Assembly (NCBI RefSeq): GCF_009914755.1
Contig: NC_060925.1
Origin: the human T2T-CHM13v2.0 reference genome, Homo sapiens
Length of the DNA: 64,000 bases
Reading direction: 5' to 3' (one strand)
A program made the translations under genes and the position numbers. Positions within the stretch are counted from its first letter, which is position 1, and each line of letters begins with the position of its first letter. Under the pieces are notes generated by a model. It had not been told where the DNA came from, searched no databases, and worked only from the letters and a program-made list of their open reading frames with translations. Of the stretch, positions 40,258 through 54,574 are shown piece by piece.

Positions 40258-41736
40258 GGGTCTAGTGGCTCTTCCATGGCCCCATCAGTGGCAAGAGTGG
40301 TCACCAGGGAAGCAGCACATCTCTGCCCTGTTGCTTGCTCACCAATAAGGTGAGAAATAAAGGCTTTAATAGGTGCGATAACAATTTTTAGGAGATGCCA
40401 CCTCAACCCAGGGTCTGTTTTCTGTTCCTTCCCTATGTACTCCCCTTAAATCTCCAGACCCCATGATACGTGAGCTAGAGCTATTTGAATTGGGCCTTTA
40501 ACCTCAGTTCATCTCTTGTTTTGCAGCTGTGAAATAGGAGAATTAATATTACCCAGTTTCCCTGAAAGAGGCCTGAGTCACTTTGGTTATGCACCATTTT
40601 CCAACGCTCTGAGAAGCAGCCTCAAAGAACTACAAGAACCTTTTTAGAAGCAGTTGCAACTGACTGCCAAGGAAAGTTCTGGGCCATAATTCTTTAACGA
40701 AAACATTCAGACCTTTCCATGATTAATCAAAAGGGAAATAAGGAAAAGGGAAATCATGAATTCGTACTAAATCGCTACACTTGGAGCAGACGCTGCCTCT
40801 TGGCAATTCTTTCTCAGCACTTGTTCTGCCAAAGGGAGAAAAGGAAATAATGCACTGAGAATTTCTTCCCCTCTCTTCTGTCTCCTGATCTCTTATTTTT
40901 TTTCTTCTAAAGGTCAAATGTATTTGCTGAGCTGCCTCGACAAATACCTGCCCTCCACTCAGAGGCTGAAATGTCATTGCTGAAAATGAGGAAATGGAGT
41001 GACAGTGGAAGAGCCGTGGAGTGCGGGCTCCTAGTGACCGGCCCCTGCTGGGACACCCACCCCATGCAGACTTTACTACAGCCTTCGCAGAAGCTAACAC
41101 TGTAATCAAGGCTGCAGGATTTCTGCTCCCTTGCTTTCCCTCTCTTTTGACTACATATTTTATTTCAGCCCCGTGGTGAATTATTTATTCGGAGGGGAGG
41201 TGGGAGAAAGTGAGGAGAACTCAGCCCTTTGGGAATAATAAGAATATAAGAAGACACAGCGGCCTTTCTCAGCCGGGAAACAGGAAGCACAGGTCTCCTT
41301 TTTAAATCTAACTAAGGAACTGGTAGAGTCGGCGGATGCTTGTTGAGTGTGGCTTTTGTGATGCTTCCAGTATGTAGCAGCAATGTTCCCAGATGTAGCC
41401 AAGGCCCAAACCTGGGGGAACCGCATGCCAGTCAGAGGGGAGGCTCAACCTCCCTCACTGGACGGGAATGCCTCCTTTGTGAAACCCACTTGGTAGGGCT
41501 AAGGAAAGGCTTGGACTTTGCTGATGTGGTCACTTCTCAGCTCCCAAACAGAGTGGGATGTAGCATCTGAGTAAAGGCTTACCCTGGCTTCAGAGGAGCT
41601 AGATAGAGATTCAACCCAGAGCCAGGCTTGTTTCTAATTAAAGTGGGCTTACCTGTCCCCAGCACCTGCACAGGTAATGAGACTCACCCAACATGCCCAC
41701 CACTGCTATATCAGGTACCTCTGTAATGCTCCATCA

Positions 41737-42051
<315 letters not shown>

Positions 42052-42768
42052 GAGTAACACAACTTCCAGAAACTCATATGCCTTAGGAGCCATGAGAGAA
42101 ACTGCTTCCATTTGACACATGAGCAATGTCCAGTGCTACTTTGGGTCCCATTGCCAATGTTTGCCTAACATTAGTAAATCATTCCTGTTTACACCGGGGT
42201 TTTGCAGTTATTTTCTCTGGAAGTTCTGTGTTGTGGATTAGCTGGAAGGCAGCGGAGGATTGAGTCTGGGGAGCTCCTTATGAGACGCAAATAGCTGAAA
42301 GAGTGGGCAGACAGCCACAAAGCCCTCCTGCTCCTCCAGGGCTCGTTGGCCAAAGAAAAGTCATGTTCTGGCTACAAGTGACATCCAGAGAGCAATTTTA
42401 CTTTTATTTCTACATTTTTACAATGTTCATTTTTTATTGACTAGGGAGATACAGTTTATGATTAAACAATATTGACTTGCCATAGAGTCATTCTGGTTGC
42501 ATTCATTTTGGCATTGGATTACCTGGGATCAAATTCCCGCTCAGACATTTGCTAACTCTGCCATCTTCAGCACTTAATGTACATGAGCTCTCTAAACGTC
42601 CTAGCAACCCTGCAAGGCAGGCACAATGAGTATCCCCATTGCACAGACTGGACAACTAAAGCTTAGAATAAGTAAATGCATGAGCAGGCATTTGATCCTA
42701 GGCAGTCTGGTTCCAAAATGAACATAACCAGAATGGGTACTGAAATAGTTATGATTCTAAACACTCCC

Positions 42769-43173
42769 TGTGTCAGCCAGCTCCAGCTGCCATAACAAAG
42801 TGCCACAGATTGGGTGGCTTAAACAACAGACATTTATTTTTTCACAGTTCCAGAGGCTGGAAGTCTGAGATCAAGGTGTTGGCAGGGTTGGTTTCTCCTG
42901 AGGTCTCTCTCCTTGGCTTGCAGATGGCTGTCTTCTCCCTGTGTCCTCACGTGGTCTTCCCTCTGAATGTGTGAGCATCCCTGGGGGCTCTTTGTGTGTC
43001 CCCATCTTCTTACAAGGACACCAGACATACTGGACTAGGGCCCACTCCAATGATCTCATTTTAACTTGGTTACCTTTTTAAAGATCTTGTCTCCAAATAT
43101 GGTCACATTCTGAGGTGCTGTATGTTGGGGCTTCAACACGTGAATTTTGGAGGGACATGATTCAGCCCCTCAC
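42769..43173 (-). mobile_element. MLT1B-like MaLR solo LTR
   Basis: GCTGCCATAACAAAGTGCCACAGATTGGGTGGCTTAAACAACAGACATTTATT...GGCTTCAACACGTGAATTTTGGAGGGACATGATTCAGCCC. Confidence 0.85.
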
Positions 43174-45655
43174 ACCCCCATTTCTCAGATGAGGAAACTG
43201 AGGCACGGAGCAGTTAGAGCATGCAGAACGTCAAAGGTAGAGCCAGCATTTAGACCTTGGGCAGACCAGTCCGAGGGTCCTGCTGCCAACTTCTACACCA
43301 CAGTTTCCCAGGCTCGAGTGCAGGGGTCAGACCATTGCTTTACATCTTGAGACCATGATGCTGGCTGTTAGGAAACGAAGGTGCTGGGATTCAGGAGAGC
43401 TGGTAGAGTGCTAGCATCAGCGCCCTATGTCCAAGGCAAGAAAATAAAGGTAAATTGGAGATTGAGTGTCTGATCTCAGGTCTTGCAATACATCTGCAGA
43501 GAGAAGAGAAGTTTCTAGAAGGCAAGCCCTCTGGCTCTGATCCCTCCAAGGGAGCCTCTGCACTCTGGCCCTAAAACCTGGTCCCATTAAGTGCTCAGGC
43601 CTGGAGTCAGACAGAATGGGCTTCTATGTGCCTTGGGTAAACCACTTAACAATTTGAACCTCTGTTTCCTCAGTGAGAAACATACACAAGGCTGATGGTG
43701 AGTTTTCTGAGACGAGACATGTTTCCAGCACTCCCCACAACACCTGGCACATAGCAGGCTGTCCGTAACTGCAATCATGATTGGGGTCCCACCTCCCAGG
43801 CCCCCCTGCAGGTGCAGCAGGAGGAGCAAGGACACAGGTCATGCCCAGTCTGTGAGGAGGTGGCACCAGGCTGCAGCCATGAGTCTTAAGCTGAGCTACA
43901 ATCTCCCCAGGAACAAGGAGATTGGAGCTCGATTCTACTCCTCCAGGTTGCAGGCAGAGCCAAATACACTGAGAGGCTTAACATTCCAGATTAATTCTTC
44001 CCTCCAGTGGTTTGCAAAAGCTGTGAGTTTGAAAAGAAACAAACTCAAACTTTGAGAGTAAGAGTAGGGAAGTGGGAGATGGTACTGTTTCAGACAAGGG
44101 TGGGGTTGGTGGACATTTCGCAACAAAGCCCCAGTGGCACAGGCTGTATTTGGGCTTTCCTGCTGCATTGAGAGGTCAGCAAGATTGCCTTGGCTGGGAA
44201 CCAAACTCATCCTGGTTTCCTGTCTTGGGATCTCAAGGGGCTAGAATGAGCTGCTATTCCAAGGGAGAGAAGAAAGCAACCCCAGGAAGCCTGGCCCCGA
44301 AGACTGTGAGGTATGGTGGGGCCTTGCTGTGCTCTGGACTGGACAAGAGGCACCCTGGGCTCTGGACACAGCCAGATCTTCAGCCAATTGCATCTCCGGC
44401 CCAGGGCAGGCCCTTTATCTTATAGCCCAGTGGTGCCTCTCTCCTCACCTAGGAAACAAAGCCAACAGGATCTGCACCACCTCTGCCTCCCGGACATTGG
44501 AAGGACTAAATAAGATCAGGTACGTGCAAAGAGTTGCAAAAATAACCAAAAGGTAGGTGCTGCGTGGAATCCAAGCTGCTCATGTTATTGTGCGTTTGGC
44601 ATCCTCCAGGAAAGCAGCCAGGCAGCGGGGCCATCTCGTGTGCCCCAGTGCAGGTGACAGAGCTCTAAACAATTCACACCATCTGAAATATGCAGAAAAC
44701 ATAACTGCAGAAAGCTCACGACAATAGATTTCCCCTCATTCTTTTTTTGTAGAAGGTGTAAAAATAATGATATGTGATTATTATAATCACAAACTCCATG
44801 AAATTAACAATTTAGCCAACATTTATTGAGAAGTGACGAGGTGGAAGACCATGCTGGCTACTGTGGAAGCGTTCAGGGTAACCAAGCATATTTCTTATTT
44901 CCAAGATGTTTATAGACGAGAGGCGGAAGAGCAGTTTTCACTGTATCTGTGTGCTCGCTCTTCCTTTTATTCAATCAGTAAGCATCTATTTAATGCGTAT
45001 CGTCAAGCACTATGCCAAGTTCTAGGGGTTCACACAATATAAAAATACATGAACATCATAAATGGTTTGATAGAACAAAGTATACAGGGAGCATAGGGAA
45101 GGAAAGGTTAATCCTGACTTAAGAAATCAGAGAAAGCTTCCTGGAGGAGGCAACATATGAGCTGTCTTTAACTGATGGCTGAACTTCTAGTGCTTCGAGA
45201 TGGGAGAAGAGCCCTGAAGAGAAAAGGAGGTAAGAATGCAGGCAACAACTCAGGGGGGCCCCTGCTGGCCTCAGTGTGGGTGGGTGCTTGTCTCGGTGTA
45301 GCTGGAGTGAACGCAAGAGTGGTCCCAGCTCAGAGCCGTCGGAGGGCCTAAGCTCCCCACCCAAGCCCCAGAGCTGGCCCCCCGTCTCTCTTTCCCATGA
45401 TTCGGCTTTGCCCTGTTTCCCACAGCAAACCAGAGGTGAAGATGGGAATTCTTAACCACAGTCACTTTCCAGCTCGCCACCACTGCTTTCAGGTGGGGAC
45501 CCTGGGACCCTCTTGCTGGACTTTCACTGCAGACCCCGACTCGCCTTTGCATCAACACCCACCAGGCACTGCGCCCCTCACTTCCCTGAGCTCCTCCCCC
45601 AGCTAGCTCTCCCATTCTCCCTTAGGTGTCTCTGAGTGGAACAGGGACAAGATAA

Positions 45656-46152
<497 letters not shown>

Positions 46153-47057
46153 CGGGCAGCTGTACTTTCTGAAAGAGACTCTTGGGTCAAGGGCACAGGG
46201 ATGTGGGAGAGGAACCAGGCAGCAGCCAAGTCTGGAGGCTATGGGGCAATGTCAGAGAGATACAGGGAAGACCTGGACTCCGGATGAGCCAAATGGAATG
46301 GAAGAAGTGAAGACATGTGAGAGAAGTTGTCAAAGAGACCCAACAGAATTTGCCAGTGGCCTGCAATTGGCAGGCTTGAGTGAGGCAAGAGGGACAGACT
46401 GTGTGGAGGTCTTGAGGCGGGTGACCAGGAAGATGACTGTCCAGTACTCCCAGCTGAGGAAGGAAGGAAAGAAAAGCCATTCTGCAGGCTGCGGGGTTGG
46501 GGGTGTGAGGGGGGCAAGCTCAGCTGGGAGCCTCTGAGTGGAGCAGCGCTGAGTACCTCTGTGTGGCCCGAGGAGACATTGACAGGCTGGACGCTCACCT
46601 CGGGCCACCTGGAGGGCATCAGCCCCCAACACTCAGCACAGGGCCCAGCCACGGGCCAGGGAGGGAGGAGGACATGAGGCCCACCTCACAGGCTTCAGCA
46701 ATAGCAGCAGAGTGTCCTGTCGGCGCTGCCTGCAGGCCTCCTTCTGCCCTCCCATCATGAGGAAAGCCCCTAGGAAAGTCCTGGCAGCAGTAAAGAGCGC
46801 TCCAACGTGCTGTGTTCTCAGACTAGAACCATTTCTGCCCATTGTAGATACTTGTCCTGTAGGTAATCCTATTAAACATTCTGGGATTTTCCCACAGGCT
46901 CTAGCATGAAACCACAATCTCAGAGGCAGTGAAATTTAGCTCAGGGAGATTCTTTGGAAAAATAATGATCACAAGAGTTTTTCACATGGTGTGGGGACCA
47001 AAACTCACCCCAAATCCTACAAGAAGGCAGACTGCAGGCAGATAAAATACTAACTTA

Positions 47058-47421
47058 AAAAAATTGTATTTCCATAGGTTTTTGGGGGAACAGGTGGTGT
47101 TTGGTTACATGAATAAGTTCTTTAGTGGTGATTTGTGAGATGCTGGTGTACCCATCTCCTGAGCAGTAAACACTGTACCCAAAGGGTCGTCTTTTATCCC
47201 TCCCCACCTTCCCACCCTTTCCCCCAGAGTCCCCAAAGTCCATTGTATCATTTTCATGCTTTCGTATCTTCATAATTCAGCTCCCACTTAGGAGTGAGAA
47301 CATCCAATGTTTGGTTTTCAATTCCTGAGTTACTTCACCTAGAATCATGGTCTCCAATCCCATCCAGGTTGCTGCAAATGCCATTAATTCATTTCTTTTT
47401 ATGGCTGAGTAGTATTCCATC
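47058..47421 (-). mobile_element. L1PB 3' end (short 5'-truncated insertion)
   Basis: TTTCCATAGGTTTTTGGGGGAACAGGTGGTGTTTGGTTACATGAATAAGTTC; TSD AAAATACT(A/G)ACTTA. Confidence 0.9.
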
Positions 47422-47787
47422 GAAAATACTGACTTATGCCAAAAGTAAGGCTAAGCATGACAGGAGTTCATATTTCCTTCCAGTGGCTGGTGTCCTGTCT
47501 CCATCCTGCCTGGGATAACACTGAAAATCGCCTTAACTTCCTACGTCCTGGTATGAGCAGATGGCCTGCAGGAGACTTGAAGGAGCTTAGCTTTCTTTTC
47601 TATCTTGAACACACATGCAGACAGGTGAATCGAAGTGAGAGGAGGCAAAAATGTCTCCCCCGACTCCCGTGGAGAAGCGGAGCTGTCCTGGTTGGACTAG
47701 GCATAGTTATCATCAGTTGCCAGTCCCTGGGCATCTGCCTGAAGGCCCCAGCCTTCCTGGAGGAGTCTTTTTCCTCACTACGTGTCC

Positions 47788-48260
47788 CCACCATAATCCA
47801 TGTCCCTTGTATTAGTTTGCTAGGACTGCTGTGTAACAAAGGACCACAGCCTCGCTGGCTTAACCCACATAAACTTATCATCTCTCAGTTCTGGAGGCTG
47901 GAAGTCTGAGATCAAGGTGCTGGCAGGGTTGGTTCCTTCTCAAGGCAGTGAGAAGGCATCTGCTCCACACCTCTCCCCTAGCGTGTGATGGTTTGCTGGC
48001 CATCTTTGGCATTCTGTGGCTCATGGAAGCAGCACCCTCATCTCTGTCTTCATCTTCACATGATGTTCCCCTGCATGCGTGTCTGCCTCCAAATTCCCCC
48101 TTTTTATAAGGTCTCCCTTTATAAGGACTCCAGAATGACAGTATCTTAGCTAATCAAATCTGCAACAACCCTATTTCCAAATAAAGGTCTCATTAAGAGG
48201 TGCTGGGAATTAGGACTTGAACATGTCGGTAAGAGGGTGGTACACAATTCAGCCCATCCC
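47788..48260 (-). mobile_element. MLT1C-like MaLR solo LTR
   Basis: TGTATTAGTTTGCTAGGACTGCTG...TCTGCAACAACCCTATTTCCAAATAAAGG...ACACAATTCAGCCCAT. Confidence 0.85.
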
Positions 48261-49174
48261 ATTCCTCCTCTCTCTCTCTCTTCAAAAACCTTTCACAGAG
48301 ACCTCATTCCTAGATGGAACGAGGAATGGTAGCGACCACGATCCTCCCCTCCCAGGATCTGCGCCACAAGGGAAGATCAGAACCTTCAGCTGCCAGAAGC
48401 ACTGTGGCGGAAATGTAGGTCCCCATCCAGGCTGATCTGAGCTTGGCTTTCTGGAGCACGCAAACCTCGATGCACTGAACTGCTGCCGGACCTCACCTTG
48501 CCAGGCCCACTGTGCTCACACTCACACATCGCTCCATCCACTGGAGGCTGCAGAGGCAAGATCCACCAAGAAGATGGTCTTCCTGTCCAGGATGCCCTTC
48601 CCTGAGAGAAGTGTATTTAATCTTAAATTCAGATGTTTGTTTGTCTACCCACTTAAAACACCCTGTTGAATAAAAATTACTCAAGGAACACATGGAGGCT
48701 TTGTCCATGTAAAAGAACAAATATCATTCTCTTCCTGGAGCTGTCTCCTCATAAAATTGTCTTCCCTTGCTCTTCTAAATTGCCTTCCCCACTTTGCACC
48801 CTTCTCTGACCTCTTACCCATGAGACTTTGGAAGGACCCCGTGGTTCAAGGCCGGGAGCTTGTGTCTGGCTGCAGCAGTCATCTTAGGCTCCCAGAGGCT
48901 ACCTGCAGAAAAGTGGAGTATGTGATGCCTGCAGCCCGAGGGGCCATCCCCAGGGGAGTCACAACCAGGAGTGTTTGATGCCTGCCACTGAACCCACAGT
49001 TCTTTTAAAGGGAGCTTCAGATTATCTATGGGGAAGGGGAATCTTTGAGTGGTATTAGGGCCGGAAGGGGAGAGCTGGGAATTCATCTGGAAGCCAGATT
49101 TGCATAGCAAACACAATGGCTTTGCAGGAAGCATATCCTCATTTAGATGACATTTGATTACAAAAGGTGTTCAA

Positions 49175-49812
49175 TGCTTATACACTGTTGGCGGGAATGA
49201 AAATTAGTTCAGCCACTGTGGAAAGCAGTTTGGAGATTTCTTAAAGAACTAAAAATAGACCTACCATTTGAGCCAGCAATCCCATTACTGGGTATATACC
49301 CAAAGGAAAATAAGTCATTCTACCAAAAAGACACCTACACTCGTATGTTTATTGCAGCACGATACACAATGGCAAAGACATGGAAGCAACCTAGGTGTCA
49401 TCAACGGAGGATTGGATAAACAATAAGCAGTACATATACAACATGGAAAACTATGTAGCCATCAAAAAGAAGGAAGTCATGTCCTCTGCAGCAACATGGA
49501 TACAGCTGGAGGCCATTATCCTAAGCAAATTAATGCAGAAACAGAAAAATGAATGATCACATATTCTCACTTAATGAGTGGGAGCTAACCCCTGGGTACA
49601 CATGGATGTAAAGGCGGGAACAAAAGACACTGGGGACTCCAAACGGAGGCGGGAGAAGGAGGGGCAAGGGCTGGAAACCTTCCTATGGGTGCCCTGTTCA
49701 CTATCTGGGTGACGGGATCAATGGAAGTGCTGCACCAAACCTCAGCACTATGAAACATACCCTTGTAACAAACCTGCGCATGCACCTCTTGAATCTAAAA
49801 TTTAAATTTAAA
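49175..49812 (+). mobile_element. L1PA (PA15-16-like) 3' end
   Basis: CAGCAATCCCATTACTGGGTATATACCCAAAGGAAAATAAGTCATTCTACCAAAAAGACACC...GTAACAAACCTGCGCATGCACCTCTTGAATCTAAAA. Confidence 0.9.
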
Positions 49813-49971
49813 ATTTTTTAAAGATTTTTTTTTATTTGTAAGTTACTAACTAACTTGAGAAGGGGTCCGTAGCCCACGTCCGCTCTAGTGGGCTCCCAAC
49901 CCCTCCTCAAGTTAGTACCCCAGTCCTGGGTTCTAGCTCTTCCCTGAGCCATCCCCTTCTCCATTCTTCTT

Positions 49972-50328
49972 TGTCTTGGTCTATTTGGGCTGCTGTAACA
50001 AATTACCATAGATTCGGCGGCTTAAACAACAGAAATTTATTCCTCTGGGTTCTGGAGGCTGAAAATCCCACATCAAGGCATCGGCAGATTTGGTGCTTCA
50101 TGAGGGCTGCTTCCTGATGGCCATCTTCTCATTGTATCCTCCCAAAGGGGGAAGAGAGATGGAGAGCCGTCCCCTGTTTCTCTTCTTTTAAAGGCACTAA
50201 TCCCATTCACAAGGACCCTGCCCTCATGACCCAATCACTGTCTAAAGGCCCCACCTCCTAACACCATCCGCTTGGAGGTTAGAATTTCAACACGTGAAAT
50301 CCTGGGTGGACACAAACATTCCATGTAA
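49972..50328 (-). mobile_element. MLT1A0/MSTD-like MaLR solo LTR
   Basis: TGTCTTGGTCTATTTGGGCTGCTGTAACAAATTACC...GGCCCCACCTCCTAACACCATC...GACACAAACATTC. Confidence 0.85.
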
Positions 50329-50394
50329 TGCCTGTCTCCATGGCCAGGCTGGTCAACTGTATCTCCTCTTGCTTCCTGATAAGAAATACCTTCT

Positions 50395-50691
50395 AGCCAC
50401 GTGCAGTGGCTCACACCTGTAATCTCAGCAATTTGGGAAGCCAAGGCAGGTGGATCGGTTGAGCCCAAGTGTTTGAGGCCAGTCTAGGCAAACCAGTCTG
50501 GGCAACATAGTAAGACCCTGTCTCTACAAAGAAGAATTTTTTTAATTAGCCAGGTATGCTGATGCAGGCCTTTAGTCTCAGCTACCCAGGAGGATGAGGT
50601 GGGAGGATCTCTTGATCCCTGGAGATCAAGGCTGCAGTGAGCCATGGTTGCTCCACTGCACTCCAGCCTAAGTGACAATGCAAGACCCTGC

Positions 50692-50724
<33 letters not shown>
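50395..50724 (+). mobile_element. AluJ with long pure poly(A) tail
   Basis: Dimer; small internal duplication CCAGTCT(A/G)GGCAA; degenerate TSD A(A/G)GAA(A/G)TA(C/T)CTTCT. Confidence 0.92.
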
Positions 50725-50726
<2 letters not shown>

Positions 50727-51221
50727 AAGTATCTTCTTCTACCTCTTTACCCCTTGATTCCCAAACTGCTTGACTCTTTGCATCTTGATATCTTGGTCTT
50801 GTTTTGCCCAGTTTAGATTTGTTCATCTGGCTCTGTACAAGTCACCTGATTTCTGCTGCTCTGGAAAGCCTGCAGGACTGTGAACACCATAGCCTATAAT
50901 CAAGGGCCCAAGGAGCATGAGCTGGCCCTGTCAGAAGCAAGGACTCTGCCTATTTGTCAACCCAGTTCCCTGAGACCTGGACTTAGGGACCCCCAGCTAT
51001 CTCTGTTCTCTCAAGTGTAAAATGAGGGTCCAAATGATCCACTTTGCAGATTGCTAGGATGATGACACGAGGCAGCCATGCAAATCCCCCAGCACAACGC
51101 CTGACATCTCCCCTAATCTCTTAACCATTACTGCTGCCATCAGTGAGGCTCCTACCCTCAATGTGGCCTCACCTGAGCCTTAGGGCAGGGTGGCTTTCAG
51201 GAACCTGTGGTTCTGAAGAGG

Positions 51222-51685
51222 TGGCTGAGTTTGGGTTCCCTGCAAGGTAGGTATCTGAGTGAAGTAGTTTATGTGGGTGCTGATCCTGGAAGCATGAGGG
51301 AGGGAGCGGGGCAAGGAGACGGAGAAGAGTGTGCTGTCAAGATCATCACTTCGGAAAAGGAGGGCGGGACCTCACCAGGTCCTCTGAGAAGGGTGCAGGA
51401 CTCCTTGCAGCGCTGCTTTGAAGGGTGGGGCTGAGGCCTTTATCCCTACACTTCATCACCATTAGTGATTGCTCCTGAGAGGCTGCATCTCCTGTCCTTC
51501 TCAGGTGTCAGACTCAAGGGACATCAGTAAAGGCCCTGGGGTAGACAGTGAAAGGACACAGGCTTGTGGCAAGTGCTAGTTGCTGGAAGGGAGTTAAGTT
51601 CACATGGACTGGCCCATGAGGCTGCAGTGAAATTCAGAGGTGGGCGCAGGAGGTGTGGCCCCCACCCTAGGGGCATCTGCTCCAG
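51222..51685 (-). mobile_element. LTR16C-like ERVL solo LTR
   Basis: GAGTTTGGGTTCCC...AAGTAGTTTATGTGGGTGCTGATCCTGGAAGCA...GGGCATCTGCTCCA. Confidence 0.55.
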
Positions 51686-51744
51686 GGAGTGAGACCAGAG
51701 AGTGAGGTAGTCACCGTACTCATAGAGGCTGTGTATATGTATGT

Positions 51745-52600
51745 TTTAACTTCTTTATTTTAGTGCATTTGCTTTATTTTGTTTTACAAAGGTAATATAT
51801 GCTCATGGTAAAATTCAAATAATTCATAATGTTGACAAGTGAAAAGTAAATAAAAGATAGTTTTCTCCCCTAAACCTTTATTCCCACTCTCCAGAAGTAA
51901 CTTCATTTTATAGTTTCCTGAACTTCTTTCTCAATATTCTATCCACATATACGCACAAATACCTATTTCTACCTTTGTTTTGTTTTACCCAAAATGGATT
52001 CCAACCATACATAACTTACATAACTGCTTTTTTTTTTTCCCACAAAGTAACATCCCCCCGAGATAGGTAGATGTAAATCTAGCCTGTTCTTCTTAACAAA
52101 TGAATAATAATCATTGTGTGGTTGTACCATAATGTGTAATTGTCTGCTATTAGTGGCGATTTAAGTTGTTTCCAGTCCTTGCTATCACAAGCAATGCTGC
52201 AAGGACCATGTGTGTACATGTATCTTTTGCATGCTGCTTCAAGTATCTCTGCAGAGTAAAATCCTTGAAGTGCTTCATCAAAGCTACGTTCATGTAAAAT
52301 TTTGACAGAGATTGCTAAATTGCTCTCCAAACACATTGCATCAGTTCACACTCCCACCAACAGACAAGAGTGTGGGTTTCCTCTTATCCTGCCACGCTCA
52401 GAATTATCCAGTGTTTAAGTCTTTGCTAATTGTTGTGCAAAAACAATTACATCTGGTTGCTTCAATTCTTTATTAGTGAGGATAAACATCTTTCCATGTA
52501 GCTACTGACCATTGCATTTCTTTTAAGGAAATCACTTTTGTCTATGTTTCTGTGGGGTGCTTCATATTTTTCTTATTGATTTGGAAGAGTTCTTCATGTG
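51745..52600 (-). mobile_element. Old L1ME 3' end, antisense
   Basis: TTTAAGTTGTTTCCAGTCCTTGCTATCACAAGCAATGCTGC...GATTGCTAAATTGCTCTCC...CACACTCCCACCAACAG. Confidence 0.8.
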
Positions 52601-52658
52601 CCGATAGGGTTTTAATGATTGAATCACCACAGTGAGAATTCTTTTCGGGCTCCTTATA

Positions 52659-52825
52659 TCAGATTTCCCCTGACCTGGTTTATCATCCGAATCATCTGGG
52701 AAGGTTCACAAAGTACACATTCCTGGACCCCATCCCAGAATTCCTGACTCAGTTTGTCTGCAGTGGAGCCAAATATCCGCATCCTTGTATTTTTTAAAGC
52801 TCCCTAGGTGATTCTGGTGACCAGA
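52659..52825. mobile_element. MER5B-like hAT element
   Basis: CATCCGAATCATCTGGGAAGG...ATTCCTGGACCCCATCCCAG...TTTTTAAAGCTCCCTAGGTGATTCTG. Confidence 0.7.
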
Positions 52826-54027
52826 ATCCTCAGTGGCTGGCTTAAGGGACAGCAGAATTTACCACTTTCAGGCTGCCCTTTGTGTAAGACAGGTTCCCAT
52901 CTTCTTAGGGCAAGTGAGAAGAGCCTGCAGTATCAGGTGTCTGCTACTTTCTCACAAGGTTTCAGAGGACAAAGAGAGCAGAGACTGAAATCAGGGCCAG
53001 GTTGAGCATGGTTGACTCTGACTCACTAGGCCTTAAACCCTTCTCCCCCAGAGGGAAGCATTGCCCAAAACCAAGAGAGGCAGCTAGCCTCCTGCTTCAG
53101 ACCTCCCAAAAGGGAAATAGCAGGTTGCTTGCTTAGGGTCGTTCAGGATGTGGCTCACCCTTTTTGTTTGGGTAGATTGTTTCCTTAGGGCACCGGTTGC
53201 TGGCTCTGGTCCTCCATCAGTGTATTGGTCACTTTCAGGGCAAGTGCTGTGAGCTTCTTCCCATCCCCCACCCAGAGCCAAGTTCAGCCTCCCAGATGAG
53301 GCTGAGTATTCTGGGGGTTGAGAGCAGAGCTTCTTTCCTTGAACAAAGCAGGGTGTCTTCTTTCTGGTCCTATGTCATTGTCATTCTCTTTGGCATCCCT
53401 CCCATGTGGATGTGACTTGCAAAATTGGATTAAAGTCGGCTGTTTGTAACTCAGAATTCACTTTTCCATGGAGACTCTGTTTGGATGGAAGTTAACTGCC
53501 AGCGTGGTTGGTGAAAGTCCACTTCACCCGCGAGGTGGGTGGGTGTGAGTCCCAAGGGTGCCATCCCTCTCCCTGGCTCTGTCCTCAGCCAAGCATAGGG
53601 GTGACCCTCACCTTCCTCAACCACAGTAGTGGCCTGGAAGGCAGGGCAGGGGAGCCCCCATTGTAGAAAATTCTTTAGAAATATTCTTTATAAATCAGAC
53701 AACTCTAAGTTATACAAGTTGGGGACCTCTGATATTGCACAATTGTTCTGCTTTACTGTCCAAAGAACACCAGGGAAGCTTGGCCTATTTTATAAAAATA
53801 ATAGAAAGAAGAATAGATCAAGTTCAAGTTCATAAATAAAACTGATTTATAGATTGTAAAATCCACTTCTTAAAAACTCTGGCACTAAAACAAATTTACA
53901 GCTGGCTGCAGCCTGTAAAATCTGTTTCTTACTTTCCCTCAAAAGAGTTTGATTTAAACTCATTTCTTCCCAAACCCTTCCAAGCACTCAATTCTGATAA
54001 CACTCCGAATTACTGAGACTCTCTCAG

Positions 54028-54574
54028 TGTAATGGTGCTAGGTTCATTGCCTGATGCACAGTGAGTCAATATACTGAGACACCGAAGTTTGCAGCAGAGA
54101 AAGAGTTGAATAATTGTAGGGTAGCTGAATGAGGAGATGGGAGGAAACCTCAGTTCCAACTCCCTGACAGGTTTGGGGATGGGTTTTTTCAGGGGTCTGG
54201 AGGGTTGAAGGAGTAGGATGTGGAAGTGGTTGATTGGTTGATAAGTGAAGGGGGACATTGATGATGAAACCACATTTCTGTGCTGAGTCAGTTCTTTGGT
54301 GGGGGTCCTCAGACCGATTGGCGTCAATCGTTCTGCTGGAATTCAGAATCTGAAGAACACCTTAAGCAATTCTCCAGTATAAAGGTCCAGCGTCAGAAAT
54401 TCTATCTATAGGAATGGCAGGGAGCAGGTGGCCAGCATGCTACATAGCTCTTGGTTAGTTAGCAGCTGCGGGGAAGGAGGTTGAAGGGCACAAGTGCTCC
54501 CTGGTCAATGCTTAACTATAATTCTGCCTAAAGCCTGGCTTGTAATTCTCATTAACCCTGTGAGGGCAATTTCC
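54028..54574 (-). mobile_element. ERV1 (MER4-group, LTR54/56-like) solo LTR
   Basis: TGTAA... start; GAGACACCGAAGTTTGCAGCAGAGAAAGAG...GAGGAGATGGGAGGAAACCTCA motif; 4-bp TSD TCAG (54024-54027, 54575-54578). Confidence 0.7.

Noticed and set aside
46600-46620. Second CTCF-like motif GCCACCTGGAGGGCA
   Set aside because: Core spacing deviates from the consensus; too weak to call.
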